Below, in pieces: positions 1 to 11,276 of a DNA stretch of 64,000 nt. The notes below the pieces were generated by a model. That model made no database searches. It was given only the letters and a program-made list of their open reading frames with translations, and had not been told where the DNA came from. Location of the stretch: assembly GCA_977018835.1 (NCBI GenBank), contig OZ361257.1, forward strand, positions 1,054,001 to 1,118,000, in the 5' to 3' direction. How positions within the stretch are numbered: position 1 is the stretch's first letter; every line of letters starts with the position of its first letter. The DNA comes from Minutocellus sp. GHC0000111 (lineage: Eukaryota). Made by a program: the position numbers and the translations under genes.

Positions 1-3000
1 AGTTCTCTCCCTCCGAAGGTCCCTCGTCGCCGGTGATTTCGACGAATTAAATTTGCTTCTCAAAGAAATCACTGTCCAGGCGCCGGACACCACAGTGAAA
101 CAGAAAATTCTGTGGAATGACCTCAAGTTGGATCTGAAGAATATTAGATGCTATGACATCAGCGTTGAGGATGTACAGAATAGCTTTGAGCAAACCAGCA
201 GTCAGAAGATATGTGTTCCCATTGATATTTTGGGATTGGACATGTGCAAATAAACCAAAGCCTCAGATTGAAAACATTACCATCAAGAGCGGTGTAAAGA
301 ATTTAATCGTTGATCTCTCCTTCTTTCTGGCGCTGAACCAAGACGCCCTGGGAAACATCCAGCTCGGTGCGATGCTATCTTTGGCTCAAATCCCCTCTTG
401 TCTTCTTGGTGCCATTCACAAGGCAAAGGTGTCTGGTCTATCAGTTGTTGTCGATGACATTGAGGATGTTTCAGTAACTAGTTTCATCAGTCCTGGGATC
501 GATCGGATTTTGCGAACCGCCGCAGAACTTGCGTTTAAGATGTATAAGGCGCCGATGCTGGATGCGATGCCCAATTTTTTTCAGATAAAGGTGAGGGAGA
601 TTATGAATGATTTTCTTGCAAATCAAGTTGATTCGGAGAAGAAGGCTCGCACCTGTCAGCAGGATGCCAACAACAGAGGACTTTTGGAGAACTTCGTCTT
701 GACACGGCAGGCTTGAGTATTGCCGTTACTTCTATCCACATTAGAGGTCTTGATACGATCTCTCGATTAGACATTCTTGAAGCAATTGGCAGGCAAACGC
801 TCATGAATAAGGTGTCCTTCAAACATTTGGATCTCGAGGTCCATCTTTCTATTACCGACAAAGGTCGAATGCTTGAGCAAGGCGATGGGGAGAAAATAGT
901 GATGACAATGGGGCTTGAGAGTATTGATGCTGACATTGCACTGTTAATTGCAATGGACTTGAATTTGTTTGGAGATCTTGAGCTTGGTTCCATGCTTTAC
1001 TTGGGAAAGATCTTGCCCTGTGTTCTGTCTGCGTCTCGCGCCGTCGAATTTTCTCAGCTCCTGCTGCAGGTAGGAGATATCAAGGAACCAGAAATTACCG
1101 GTTTCATTTCTTCCGACGCCGAGGAATCTATTCGGTCCACAACCCGAGCAATTTTCGACAAGTATCGAGAAATCATTCTGAACTCCGTACCTTCTTTCTT
1201 TGATCAGACTGTTCGCCCTTTGGTCAATGATATCCTCTCCAACTACGTGGAAGCCGAATCGAACCGCTCTTGTCCCTCTGTGTCGTCTCCCGAGCTGAAT
1301 GGCTTTGTGAATTTTCACGATCTTCTCTTGTCCGAAAGAGAGGCAGCAATGTCGGGTGGGCGAGGAACTTCCCCTTACGGCGACCTCTTACGGCGCGCGA
1401 TGAAAATGATCAACAACCAAATCCTCGCGGTTGATGGCGACGGTCTTTCGAGAATCAATAATGTTGTGTTTGGGCCGATGACTGAGGCTCAGTCCAGTGT
1501 GCCGGGATCTCTACTTTATCCGGGCGACATATTTGGTGGAGCTAGCAATGTGAACATTGGTGGCTTCAAAGCTACTGTTGAAGTTCGAGCGTTCGATGCT
1601 GCCATCGAACACATCAACACTGTTGGCGAACCTCTATAATTATTGGATCCTGTCCAATATGAGCCAAATGTGCTTGATAACACAGCTACCTTTGGAGTCG
1701 GGAAGGATCCTCTCCGTGCGTCGGTAGCATTTCTGATTTCCATAATGGGTAAAGACGGCAAGTGACTTTATCTTTGGGTCATACTGTACGATCGCATGCG
1801 TTCGGAAAGAGGTATCATCACTTTCACTAATAAAATCTCTCTCTCTCTCCCTCTTCGAATTACACCTTCCTCAATACTGCAACGCTCTAATTTTTCACCT
1901 TCGTACGTGCAAACAGACGATTTAAGCATGAGAAACGAGATTGTTGTCTCAGCTGATTTGAGCGCTGCGACTGTTGTGGCGTCGGCGCTAGTTCAGATGA
2001 AGGAGCATTCCTTTCTCACATTCCCCCTTCGGGGCACGCTTAATCTTAATTGCTGGCTAGCGACAATGCCTGCCGCTAGTCTAAACGAGTATGGGGTCAG
2101 ATCTGCAGGGATTAAGGCGCCAAGCCTTGCTCTACAAAAACTTGCAGTTACCATGTCGAGACTTCAATTGAATGTGGAATGCATCAGTTGCACAAGTCCG
2201 GGCTTTGAGGAGCTAGCGCAGATGCTCTCTTCTGCAGAAGGAATCGAAGATGCTACGCTGGTAGCAAACAAGGTATCGAATTACGTGACATCTCTTTTGG
2301 GCGGGGAACTCGTCGAGACCAAGATCGATCGCCTTCTCTATAATGCAGCGAAACAATGCCCTCATCATCCTGCCTACGACCCGACCTTTGAAGAGCCCAT
2401 GTACGAGGCACTTGAGGTATCCGACCGTACCGTTGCACCCGCTGAACTTTCTGGTCGCACTTCTCATCGTCGGTTCCGTCTTATTTGTCGTCATCGCCTT
2501 GGTTGCCATTGTCGTCAAGTGTATAGTGCGGCGGAGGCATCGCCAATGGGTCAAAACGTTGGAACAAGACGAGATCATCACCATTTATGAAAAGCAATCT
2601 AGGGCACTGCAGATCGAGAAGGATCTTTCCAGAAGTACCAAGTCCCTTGCAACAAGTCCAGCAGTGCCTCTCTACGTTCGAATTGGAATGCCCCTTGTAA
2701 TCATCGTCAGTATCGGTCTTTTTCTCTCAGGTCATCTTTCACTTGGTGCTACTGTCACAATCAAGGCATCCATTGCCGGGGAAGAACTTCTCGTTGGAGA
2801 ATTCTTTAAGTTCAGCATGGCCTACTCAGTTAGTGAGATGTGGGCTGCGGGGGCCAAGTCCTTGGCAGTATTGATTCTCATCTTCAGTGGCGTATGGCCG
2901 TACACAAAGCAGCTTGTCACATTGGTGCTTTGGTTCTTACCAACTCGCTGGTGCTCCACAGTGCGGCGAGGCAAGATATTCCTATGGCTTGACTGTATGG

Positions 3001-4508
3001 CGAAGTGGAGCATGGTAGATGTGTTTGTATTATTGTGTACCCTCACTGCATTCCGGATTTCAATTGAGAGTCCAACTGGGCTGGCTTTCCTTCCCGATGA
3101 TTTCTATTCCATTGATCTAATGGTAATCCCACTCTGGGGATTATATTCGAACATGACCGCGCAGTTGCTCTCCCAGATTTCGTCTCATTTCATCATTCAT
3201 TTTCATCGACGAGTAGTTGCAAGCGGATCATCGCCTCTACTATCGGACAGTGACGGATTGGGGGGAGAAGATAATAAAGATGTGGACCATCTTGTGAATG
3301 CATCTGGTTCGATTGCATCGATTGATTCTTGTGCAAAGCAAAAACAGCAGCGGCAACATCTCAGTGCTCTTTGTAAGCACAAGTATCGAACTGATTACCA
3401 TAGACATGGCCCAATGGGAATAGTCCGCCCTCTCACATCCAAGGTCGTCATTTTGGGTGCCATTGCTGTGACCACTTTGATTATCGCAGGATGCACCATG
3501 AATTCCTTTTCGTTGGACATAATGGGAATTATCGGTATCGCAGTGGAGTCTGGCCAAGGGTTTTCACAAGCCAAGACGTATCACAATCTGTTCTCTCTTG
3601 CTGGGGTCATCTTGGAACAGGCTCGATTCCTCGACACCGGACGATATTACCTTGGCCTAGGAACTCTTGCCTGTCTTTTAATCGCCACGACTTTGTTCGT
3701 TCCAATTTTGCAGGTTTGGGTACCTGTTCGTCAGTGGCTCGCTCCGCTGTCGCAGAGGGGCCGACGGCGTGTTCACGTTGCCATTGAATGCCTTGCCGCT
3801 TGGCAATATGTCGAAGTTTACATTATCAGCCTCATCATCACGAGTTGGCAAATCGGGAGTGTTAGTGATTTTATGGTGAATGCTTACTGCGGTGATCTCT
3901 CTACCACGCTCTCTTCTATGGCATATTATGGAGTAATTGATCCGACAGATGCTCAATGCTTTCGAGTCGAAGCGCAAGTTGAGGAAGGCATGTACGTTTT
4001 AATTGTTGGTACAATCATCCTTGGTTTGATTAACCATCTAATTACCAAGGCAGCCCAACAACGGGACGAAGAAGAGACAAAGATACAACGGCTACTCGCT
4101 GCGACTGATGCTGATAATGAAAATGGTCTTCTGCAGGTACGGCTGCAGCCCCAAGACAGCATGAGATCATCAGAATCTGAGGATGCCTTTACTGACCAGG
4201 ACGAGAAGGTGACCGATGAGTCAGCGCGCATCATACCCGTCGATGTCCGCTTTACTGACACATATCGTTTCCTGTTGCAGATTCAGGGCGATACTAATAG
4301 TAATGACGACGATCACAAGGAAGAGAATGGTGAATATCTTCCCACAGCGCCTCCTCAGGATGCCGACACAAACTCTTCACGTGCAACACCACCTAGGGCG
4401 ACACTTCTCAAGGTGCAACGAAGGGATCACACAACTGCGATCGAATCGAGCGAGGAGGATATTGAAAATGTCGGAGGTGCTAGCAGAAAAAACGATGTTA
4501 TTGTTTAG
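1..4508 (+). pseudogene. Large membrane protein with repeated beta-rich ectodomain modules and two C-terminal PqiA (paraquat-inducible protein A)-like domains; 5' partial and disrupted
   Basis: ORFs 53-253, 153-716, 713-1639, 1796-2590 and 2343-4508 join into one coding unit. PqiA-like motifs are SGVWPYTK...KWSMVDVFV and AWQYVEVYI. An internal repeat is visible (LGAMLSLAQIPSCL vs LGSMLYLGKILPCV). Lesions: frame breaks near 250, 713 and 2440 and an in-frame TAA at 1637-1639, after which coding-like sequence continues (LLDPVQYEPNVL). A phase-1 intron runs from 1749 (or 1758) to 1916. Confidence 0.7.
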
Positions 4509-4642
4509 AATCGGACGTGTGGCTCTTATTACCAGCCAGCCCCAACAATGAATGTAGAATATGTATGTATTAGTAGATAGAGTAAATAAACTTAACTTGC
4601 AATAATATCATGTACAATCGTAGAACAAGCTAATCCACATCT

Positions 4643-7600
4643 TCACTTTACAGCCACCAATTTTTTGAATGCTCGCGCAAGCTGCCCAGTGTAGGGTGCA
4701 ACACTCGAAAGAACGACCCCAGTTACATCTCGTCCTGCTGTCGCTGATAGTACCGGAGAATTCACCCTCTCGGTATCACGGTATCCAAAAACTTCTACCT
4801 GGCATAAGCGAAGCGATTCATAACCTTTCTTTTGTATTCGGATATATCGGCACACTGAATCAAACGGTAAAATCCACTCAAACTCTTGAACTCCCTTCGT
4901 TACCTCGAGACTCAATTCACAACCACGCAGAGCATCCTGCAAGCCTTTATCGTCATCACTAAGTGGGTCTTGGGACGCAATAATCCAAAAAGGTACGAGC
5001 TTTTGAATAAGGCCATCGTTATCCTTGCTGCTAGATGAGGCTTCAATGCTACTCCCAATCTTGATAGAAGTGATGGAACAAAGGTTTTGGAGATCGACCT
5101 CCCAAAAAGGCTGGGGATCAATCTGCGTTTGCGAGTAGAAATTACTACAACCGTCGATGTCACCATCAACCGCATTCTGCGCAATGTGATTGTTGTAAAC
5201 AGAACTTTGACGGCATGGCTTGCGTATTGATACATTTTGGGGCTTCTCGTAGAGCGGTGACACAAGTGTTGGTCGATCGATAAAGCTTTGGCGTCTTGGA
5301 TCCTGGCCGCAACAACCGTTGCCGTTTCGTCCCCAGCAATACAATTCATTATTCGTCGACACCACTGCTTGATGACAATGCCCAGCACTCAATTGCCGGA
5401 TCCTTATGATTTCATTGCCAAGAGACGATTTATCCGCCCCCGGTAAGTGTAGAGAAAAGTAAGTAAATTCAGGACAGTAACTTCCAAGACAATTGAAAGG
5501 GCCAGCGCAATATAGCCTTCCACCCGAGACCTCTTTTCGTCCCTTTCTATTCACCTTCGCGACAATTGCGGTTGATGCCAAGGTCTGAAGACCCCCACAA
5601 CTGACATCTGCAATTATTTCGTGGAGTAAAGACTTGACCAAACAAGGGATATGTTGTTCCATCAACTTCTCGTGACCGAGTCCCAATTTCCCACCAACTC
5701 CACTGCCCCAGACATAGAGTTGTCCCTGAGACGAAATGCATGCTGAATGATTGGCTCCGCAGCTCACTTTCCTGACAATGCCATTGGCTCCCTTGATTGG
5801 TAGTCGTAGCGGTCGGGGAGAAGTAATGTAGTACTCCTGACTGTCAGCGAGCCCACCACGATCGAGCCCAAGCTTGCCGGACGAAGAAGAACCCCACACA
5901 TACAGAGACCCCTGATCATCAATAGAAGCACAATGAGATGATCCAAAGGATGCACCGAGGACATTTCCTAATTCCTCTATGCGCGTTGTTGAGAATGCAC
6001 TACAATCGGTACCAGATTGTAAACACTCACAATCAATCCCCCACGTATAAAGCGATGAAGAAGGCGAAAAATTTTCGCCAGAGCTGTCGATTGTACCAGA
6101 ACTAGAAGTAACCACTCCAGCATGGGCTGATCCAGCAACTATGGAGCAATATGTTGGATAAGCCCCTGATCCACTTGAGGGCCAATGCTCCAGAGTTTGT
6201 ACCAATAGATCAATTAGGCGTTGCTTGGCCTCTTGCTTTTGTGAAGCCTCTTCTTGCATGGCTAACCGCTGCGCTTCTTCCAAGGACTCTTGCCACACCT
6301 GAGTAAATTGTAGCGATAGACGCTTTACCAACTTGTTTTTCCGCCTTTTTTTGAGCTGCCCAATCTCTGAATCAATCTCTCTGAGCTTGAGATGCCCAGC
6401 TTCACCCAATACTCGCTTCTCGAGCTCGATATCTCTGGCAAGCAAACCAATCATGTCCACCTTACCGAAGTCATCGCAGGGTTTACCTCGCAATTCAATC
6501 GATTGTTTGATACGGCGGGCCTCGATTTGTTCCAGCAAGCTCAGATAGTGCAGTTGAGAGTCATTATTTGCTGATGGTGGAGCCCAACAGTTGTAGTACT
6601 CTAAACCGGCCCTCATGGCCTCCAAGCCAATGTCTTTGGCACCGTCGAGAAATGTGCGGCAAACAGAAGACATTCCATTCAATTGCTGGGGTATAGCATC
6701 ATCGTCCTTCCGCATTTGCTTCGACAGATCCTCCAATAGAGTTCTACTCCGTGAGGTATCGGAGAAAGCAATCTGAGTAGGACGTCGCCCCCAAAGGGCA
6801 AAGGTGCTCTGACAAACACTGAGACCTTGATATCTTTTGTTTTGCAGTAGTCGTCTCTTCCACAATGATTCAAGTATTTTCAACCACTCCTGAGGTACAT
6901 GTACATGCATTGGCTCGTGTTTACATGTATCGTCGATTAGACCATTGGCCATCATTGCCTGTGCTAATGAATCCTCAGAAAACTGATTGTAGGTCTTTCC
7001 TCCGAGCAACAATACTTGCCCCAATGTATCGAGTGCTCGACACAATCCCTCTTCCGCCACCGACAATTCTTGCTGGCGTCGTCGTTCATCTTGCTGCCGC
7101 TTTCGCCAGGCATTGGCATATCGAAATGCCTCCGCTTCCATCTCTTCTTCCTCTAGCAGAACTTGTTCCAACAATCTGATTAGTTGATTCTTCGAAGCGA
7201 ATTTAGGAATGTCAACGTCTCTCTCCTCCAATTCTCTCCGAGCATCAGTCAAATATAACCACACTTGCTTGAACTCAAAATAGTCAATCGTCCCGTCTCT
7301 GTCCCTGTCGTATTTTGCAAACATTTTCTCTCGTGTCCCTTCGTCGGTATCTATTCCCATGTACTGTAGCAGATAGAAAAACTCGTCCTCATCGATATAA
7401 CCACTCCGGTCCGTATCGAAGACATGAAAGGCATCTCTTTGAGCGATTCGTTATCTTGGTACAAAACCAGCAGGGTTCTGATTCGAATTACAAGCAAAAA
7501 GGAGGGCGAGAAACTCATCGTATGTGATGCCGCCCGAGTTATCACAATGGTAATGCCGAAAGAAGCTGAGACTTTTGGCAGGAGAGACATGTATTCTTAA

Positions 7601-7797
7601 CGGAGGGAGCATTAGACGGAATTCCTCGAGGCTAATGACCCCGTTGGAATCCGCGTCGTAGCGATCAAACAAAGCGCGCGGATCTTTTGCCAGCTCTCGA
7701 ACTCGTCTACGTTGAGCTTGGCCAATCTGACGGACGAATTGAAGTAGAATTTTAAAATGGCAGCATCACTAGCATGGTAAACCGTCTGCAAGCTCAC
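4643..7797 (-). pseudogene. EF-hand + RCC1-repeat + F-type lectin (F5/8C-like) protein, disrupted
   Basis: EF-hands: DADSNGVISLEEF, DTDRSGYIDEDEF, DRDRDGTIDYFEF. RCC1 repeats: GANHSACISSQGQLYVWGSGVGGKLGLG. Lectin-like module: KPCRQSS...NAVDG...PFWEVDL. There is a 2-bp GC slippage frameshift at about 7673-7681 and an in-frame TAA at 7453-7451. No convincing ATG at the 5' end. Confidence 0.7.
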
Positions 7798-7927
7798 TGC
7801 ATGTAACGTGCGTCTATCAAACAGTTAGACTTGACTTACGAAGTAGACTTAGTCTTGACGATGCGTTCCATCCTCTAATCTTGATCTCATTCTCGGTTGC
7901 GACGTGGATTGATTTACTTCGTCATTT

Positions 7928-8722
7928 TCACACTGGCACCTCCACAACATCCTTATCGAGCCATCGTTCTGCCTGCATAGCCACAGCACCGATCAAGAAT
8001 ACATAATTTGCTCCTGTTTCGACGCTGCGGGCAATATCCGCGCAAGGAATAATCGAATTCAGCGCACCACTGGACACGGCCAATAATACAACCCCAAAAG
8101 CGAACCTTGGCCGATTCTTTTGCCAAAACGTTTGATGATAGTTCTCAGCCTTGTAGAACTTGGTCGCCGGTTCCACTGCAATGGCGAGGGCAGGTATTCC
8201 CCCATTACCAACCCGTCCCTCCTCCCTCGCCTTGGTCAGCCATGCTTGAGACTCGGCCATTTGCTCCTCCCCACAGGCAAATATGATGGGCGCGTACTGT
8301 CGATATCCTGGCTTGGCCTCCTGCGATTCAAAGTATGCATCCAGTAGCTCAGGGTATGTGATTTGTTCGTCATCGAAGGTTACGCGCACGGCCTCGACCC
8401 AGTCGCGTGAGGCGCAAACATCGCTGTATAAGGGTGGCTTGGTCGCATCGGCTTTTCCACTATAGCCGGCCATAGTCGAAGTAACACCGGGCACCGACAG
8501 CATGGTCTCGCTTGGTTTCCAGAAGCAGCCCATGCCCAGGCAGGCTGTTTTCTCCGCATGAAGAACAGTGGTACTCGTGGCGGCGGCGGTGGTGGATGTG
8601 CTGGATGCAGGAGCCGAGTACGAGTGGCGGTGCAGAGATGATGATGATTGACGACCGGCAAACGCAGCTGCGATGGGCACATGCGTCGGCAGCAAGACCA
8701 ACATCGCCAACATGGTCAGCAT
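7928..8722 (-). CDS. msrA: Peptide methionine sulfoxide reductase A, probably plastid-targeted
   Basis: Catalytic motif GMGCFW, EAVRVTFD and FYKAENYHQ. Signal peptide followed by AAAFAG (ASAFAP-like) and a Ser/Thr-rich transit peptide. Likely ATG at 8722 within ORF 7928-8941. Confidence 0.9.
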   Translation of the reverse strand: MLTMLAMLVLLPTHVPIAAAFAGRQSSSSLHRHSYSAPASSTSTTAAATSTTVLHAEKTACLGMGCFWKPSETMLSVPGVTSTMAGYSGKADATKPPLYSDVCASRDWVEAVRVTFDDEQITYPELLDAYFESQEAKPGYRQYAPIIFACGEEQMAESQAWLTKAREEGRVGNGGIPALAIAVEPATKFYKAENYHQTFWQKNRPRFAFGVVLLAVSSGALNSIIPCADIARSVETGANYVFLIGAVAMQAERWLDKDVVEVPV

Positions 8723-9155
8723 TATGTGAAGGCACGTATGTGCTGTTAGGCTGGAGATAGTCATGGTTGCGGAAGTGCGGAAATAAGCGGCGTATCCATG
8801 CATGAGCTGTATGCCCCGCGCTGGGCCGCTGGGCGGGCAGCAGCAGCATCCAGCTGGCTGAGCCGCCACGCGACGACGATGAATGCTACGTACGTACGTA
8901 CGTACGACCTCGTACATAAAGAAACGTCTGTTTGATGTCATTTTGAAAGAAATTCAAATGAGAAAGCAACGGCAGGACATTGATGGTTCAACATAAAAAT
9001 CGCAGCATTCCGAGATTCAAACGCCTTCCAGCTCTTTTTCTCATGCTGGCCCTTTTCGCTGCTGCACCTTGCCTCAGTCAACAGCCAGATGGAGAAAATT
9101 GAGCGAATTGCCGAATTGAACTGACTTCTCTGCTTCAGCCAACCAATCCAGTACA

Positions 9156-10895
9156 ATGAGGATGCGCCTAGTTGCTCTCTGTGTTCTAGGCCGAGCCATT
9201 TCCGGCGTATCCGCCGCGGCGACACATGATGTGCCGATTACCTCATCGGCCACGAACGACGACCAAAAATTCAAAATCGCACGATCCGTTACCTCACGTA
9301 GTATTGCCCCCAATCTCAATGTTGCTTCCACCCTTCGTGGTAGCAGAGCGGCCGCTGCAAGTATTACCGACAGCGATCGGATCCTCAAGGAAGAAGATGG
9401 CAATAACAGGGAAGAAAAGAATGGCCAAGGTCAAGTCGAGGAGTGCGACAAAGATTGCGAGATGCACGAGAAAGCAAGAAAGGAAGATGAGAAAGCAAGG
9501 GAGAAGGCCCAAAAGGAGGTCGAGAAAATGGCGGAAGAGGCCGCCAAGGCTGCCGAGGAAGCGGCAAAAGATGCAGCCAAGGCTGCCGAGGAAGCGGCGA
9601 AAGACGCAGCCAAGGCTGCTGAACAAGAGGCGAAAGATGCAGCCAAGGCTGCGGAGGATGCAGCCAAGGCTGCCGAGAAGGAAAACGCAGACGTCCCTGT
9701 TGATGTCCCTGGCGAAGATGAACCAGAAACGATAGAACAAGATACCACCATCACCACACCAAATGTAGAGAAACCCGACGAGACTACCAACGCCCTCCTT
9801 GTTGATGATGAGGCAGTCATAATGGCACCAGCCGTCAACACCGATGGGCAAGATGTTGCTGCGAATGAAGAGACTCCAGCTGCAGCAGCAAAGAACGAAA
9901 AAGATGAAGAGGAGCCAGAGGCGGCTGGTACGGACGGGCCCTTCGTCGTCGTCGTCCCTCCAACATCGGTCAAGGAGGATCTAGGAGACGACAACAAGGC
10001 CGTTCTTCCACCTCCCACCGAAGACAATACCATTTTTGACATTACCACCGAAAACGAAGGAACCACCACCACCACCACTCCTATCCTCGAAAATGAAGGA
10101 AGCGGCATCAGCAGCAGCAGCAGCCAGAACAACAAGCCCACCGTCGCCGACGTAAGCACCAACAATGGCGACGGTTTCCCTGGACCAGTCAATACCGACA
10201 CAGATTCCGGCCTTACCTTCTCTAGCAGCATTAGCGGTAGCAGTAGCCCCGACGACGACGGCCTCCAACCGGTCGGCAAGGCCCTCCTCTCCGTTGCCCT
10301 CGCAGGAGTATTCGTCGCCGTCTTCCTGCTCCGGCGGCAGCGTCGCTCATCATCTTCCGACCCCGCCAAGAATGCTCTCGCTATCACCCCATACTCTCCC
10401 AGCAAAGACGATAGCTACTTCGTCGACAGAGACGATAGCTATGACAACACCTCGGACGTCGAGAAGCAAATCGTTCCGGTTGACACCGCTGCCAGTTCTC
10501 CTGCCCAAACACCCGAAAAGATCTCCACAGCTCACGACCACGAGGATGCCAACAACGATGGTGATGCCGCCGATGGAGAGAGTGTTGAAGAGGAGAGTAG
10601 TCAATCTGCTTCGCTCAGTTTTTCTGAGAATGCATCCAATTTCTTGTCCATGTTGCCCTGCCAACTTGACATCTCCCCTTGCAGCAAGCCCACAGTGCTT
10701 GAGGTCTCTACCGACGATTCGACTTCTGTGCCGCTGCCCCCTGATCTACGCGTGGTTGCTGCTCCATCTGCTAGTGAGGCGGAGGGAGAGGAGAGCGAGG
10801 AGAATTTCGCCCGCAACAATACGGCCCGCGAACTTATGCGAAAGTATAAGATGGATGATGTGAGTGTGAATAAGTATCTTGTCCATCCCCTCTGA
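9156..10895 (+). CDS. Type-I single-pass membrane protein with an acidic, low-complexity ectodomain
   Basis: 579-aa ORF with an N-terminal signal peptide, LRG and RIL motifs, AAKAAEEAAKD coiled-coil repeats, a TM helix (ALLSVALAGVFVAVFLL) followed by RRQRR, and an acidic tail. Confidence 0.8.
   Translation: MRMRLVALCVLGRAISGVSAAATHDVPITSSATNDDQKFKIARSVTSRSIAPNLNVASTLRGSRAAAASITDSDRILKEEDGNNREEKNGQGQVEECDKDCEMHEKARKEDEKAREKAQKEVEKMAEEAAKAAEEAAKDAAKAAEEAAKDAAKAAEQEAKDAAKAAEDAAKAAEKENADVPVDVPGEDEPETIEQDTTITTPNVEKPDETTNALLVDDEAVIMAPAVNTDGQDVAANEETPAAAAKNEKDEEEPEAAGTDGPFVVVVPPTSVKEDLGDDNKAVLPPPTEDNTIFDITTENEGTTTTTTPILENEGSGISSSSSQNNKPTVADVSTNNGDGFPGPVNTDTDSGLTFSSSISGSSSPDDDGLQPVGKALLSVALAGVFVAVFLLRRQRRSSSSDPAKNALAITPYSPSKDDSYFVDRDDSYDNTSDVEKQIVPVDTAASSPAQTPEKISTAHDHEDANNDGDAADGESVEEESSQSASLSFSENASNFLSMLPCQLDISPCSKPTVLEVSTDDSTSVPLPPDLRVVAAPSASEAEGEESEENFARNNTARELMRKYKMDDVSVNKYLVHPL
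9543..9677 (+). repeat. Coding tandem repeat with a 33-bp unit (AKAAEEAAKDA)
   Basis: gccaaggctgc recurs at 9543, 9576, 9609, 9642 and 9663. Confidence 0.9.
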
Positions 10896-11276
10896 TTTTT
10901 CTCATAATTTCGCCAACCAATGAATGCCGCAACCCTCGCATCTAACTCCATTTCTTATGTCCTTTCGCAATTGAACACTCAACAACGTAGACTGTCAATT
11001 TTTGAATTAGAAGCGGATCACACCAAAGAGGACAATGTCACTGCAACGGCCGTGGGTAGAGGCAGCAGCGGAGGACTGAACAGCGCAAGGCTACATGTAA
11101 TGGTACATATTTTTTCATTAATATCGTTTTTTCAGTTGACGACACAAAGTTTTGTCGCCACGATCCACATAGAGCTCCTAGAATAAATACGGTACATAAT
11201 CGACCAACCATACTCATTTTGTGAATATTATTATATATAAAATGTATTTACATTGAAACACGGCCCTTTGGATTCC

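Noticed and set aside
1749..1916. Possible non-canonical GC-AG intron (GCAAGT donor at 1758)
   Set aside because: A canonical GTAAAG donor at 1749 has the same phase and also restores the frame. It cannot be decided without transcripts.
1637..7453. Stop-codon reassignment or readthrough, since both premature stops are TAA
   Set aside because: TAA ends several intact genes here (for example Hpt and GT8), and both affected genes also have frameshifts.
9226..10951. Long alternative-frame and antisense ORFs over low-complexity genes (also at 44598-45500 and 55269-56733)
   Set aside because: These are shadow ORFs expected from GC-rich, repetitive coding sequence.
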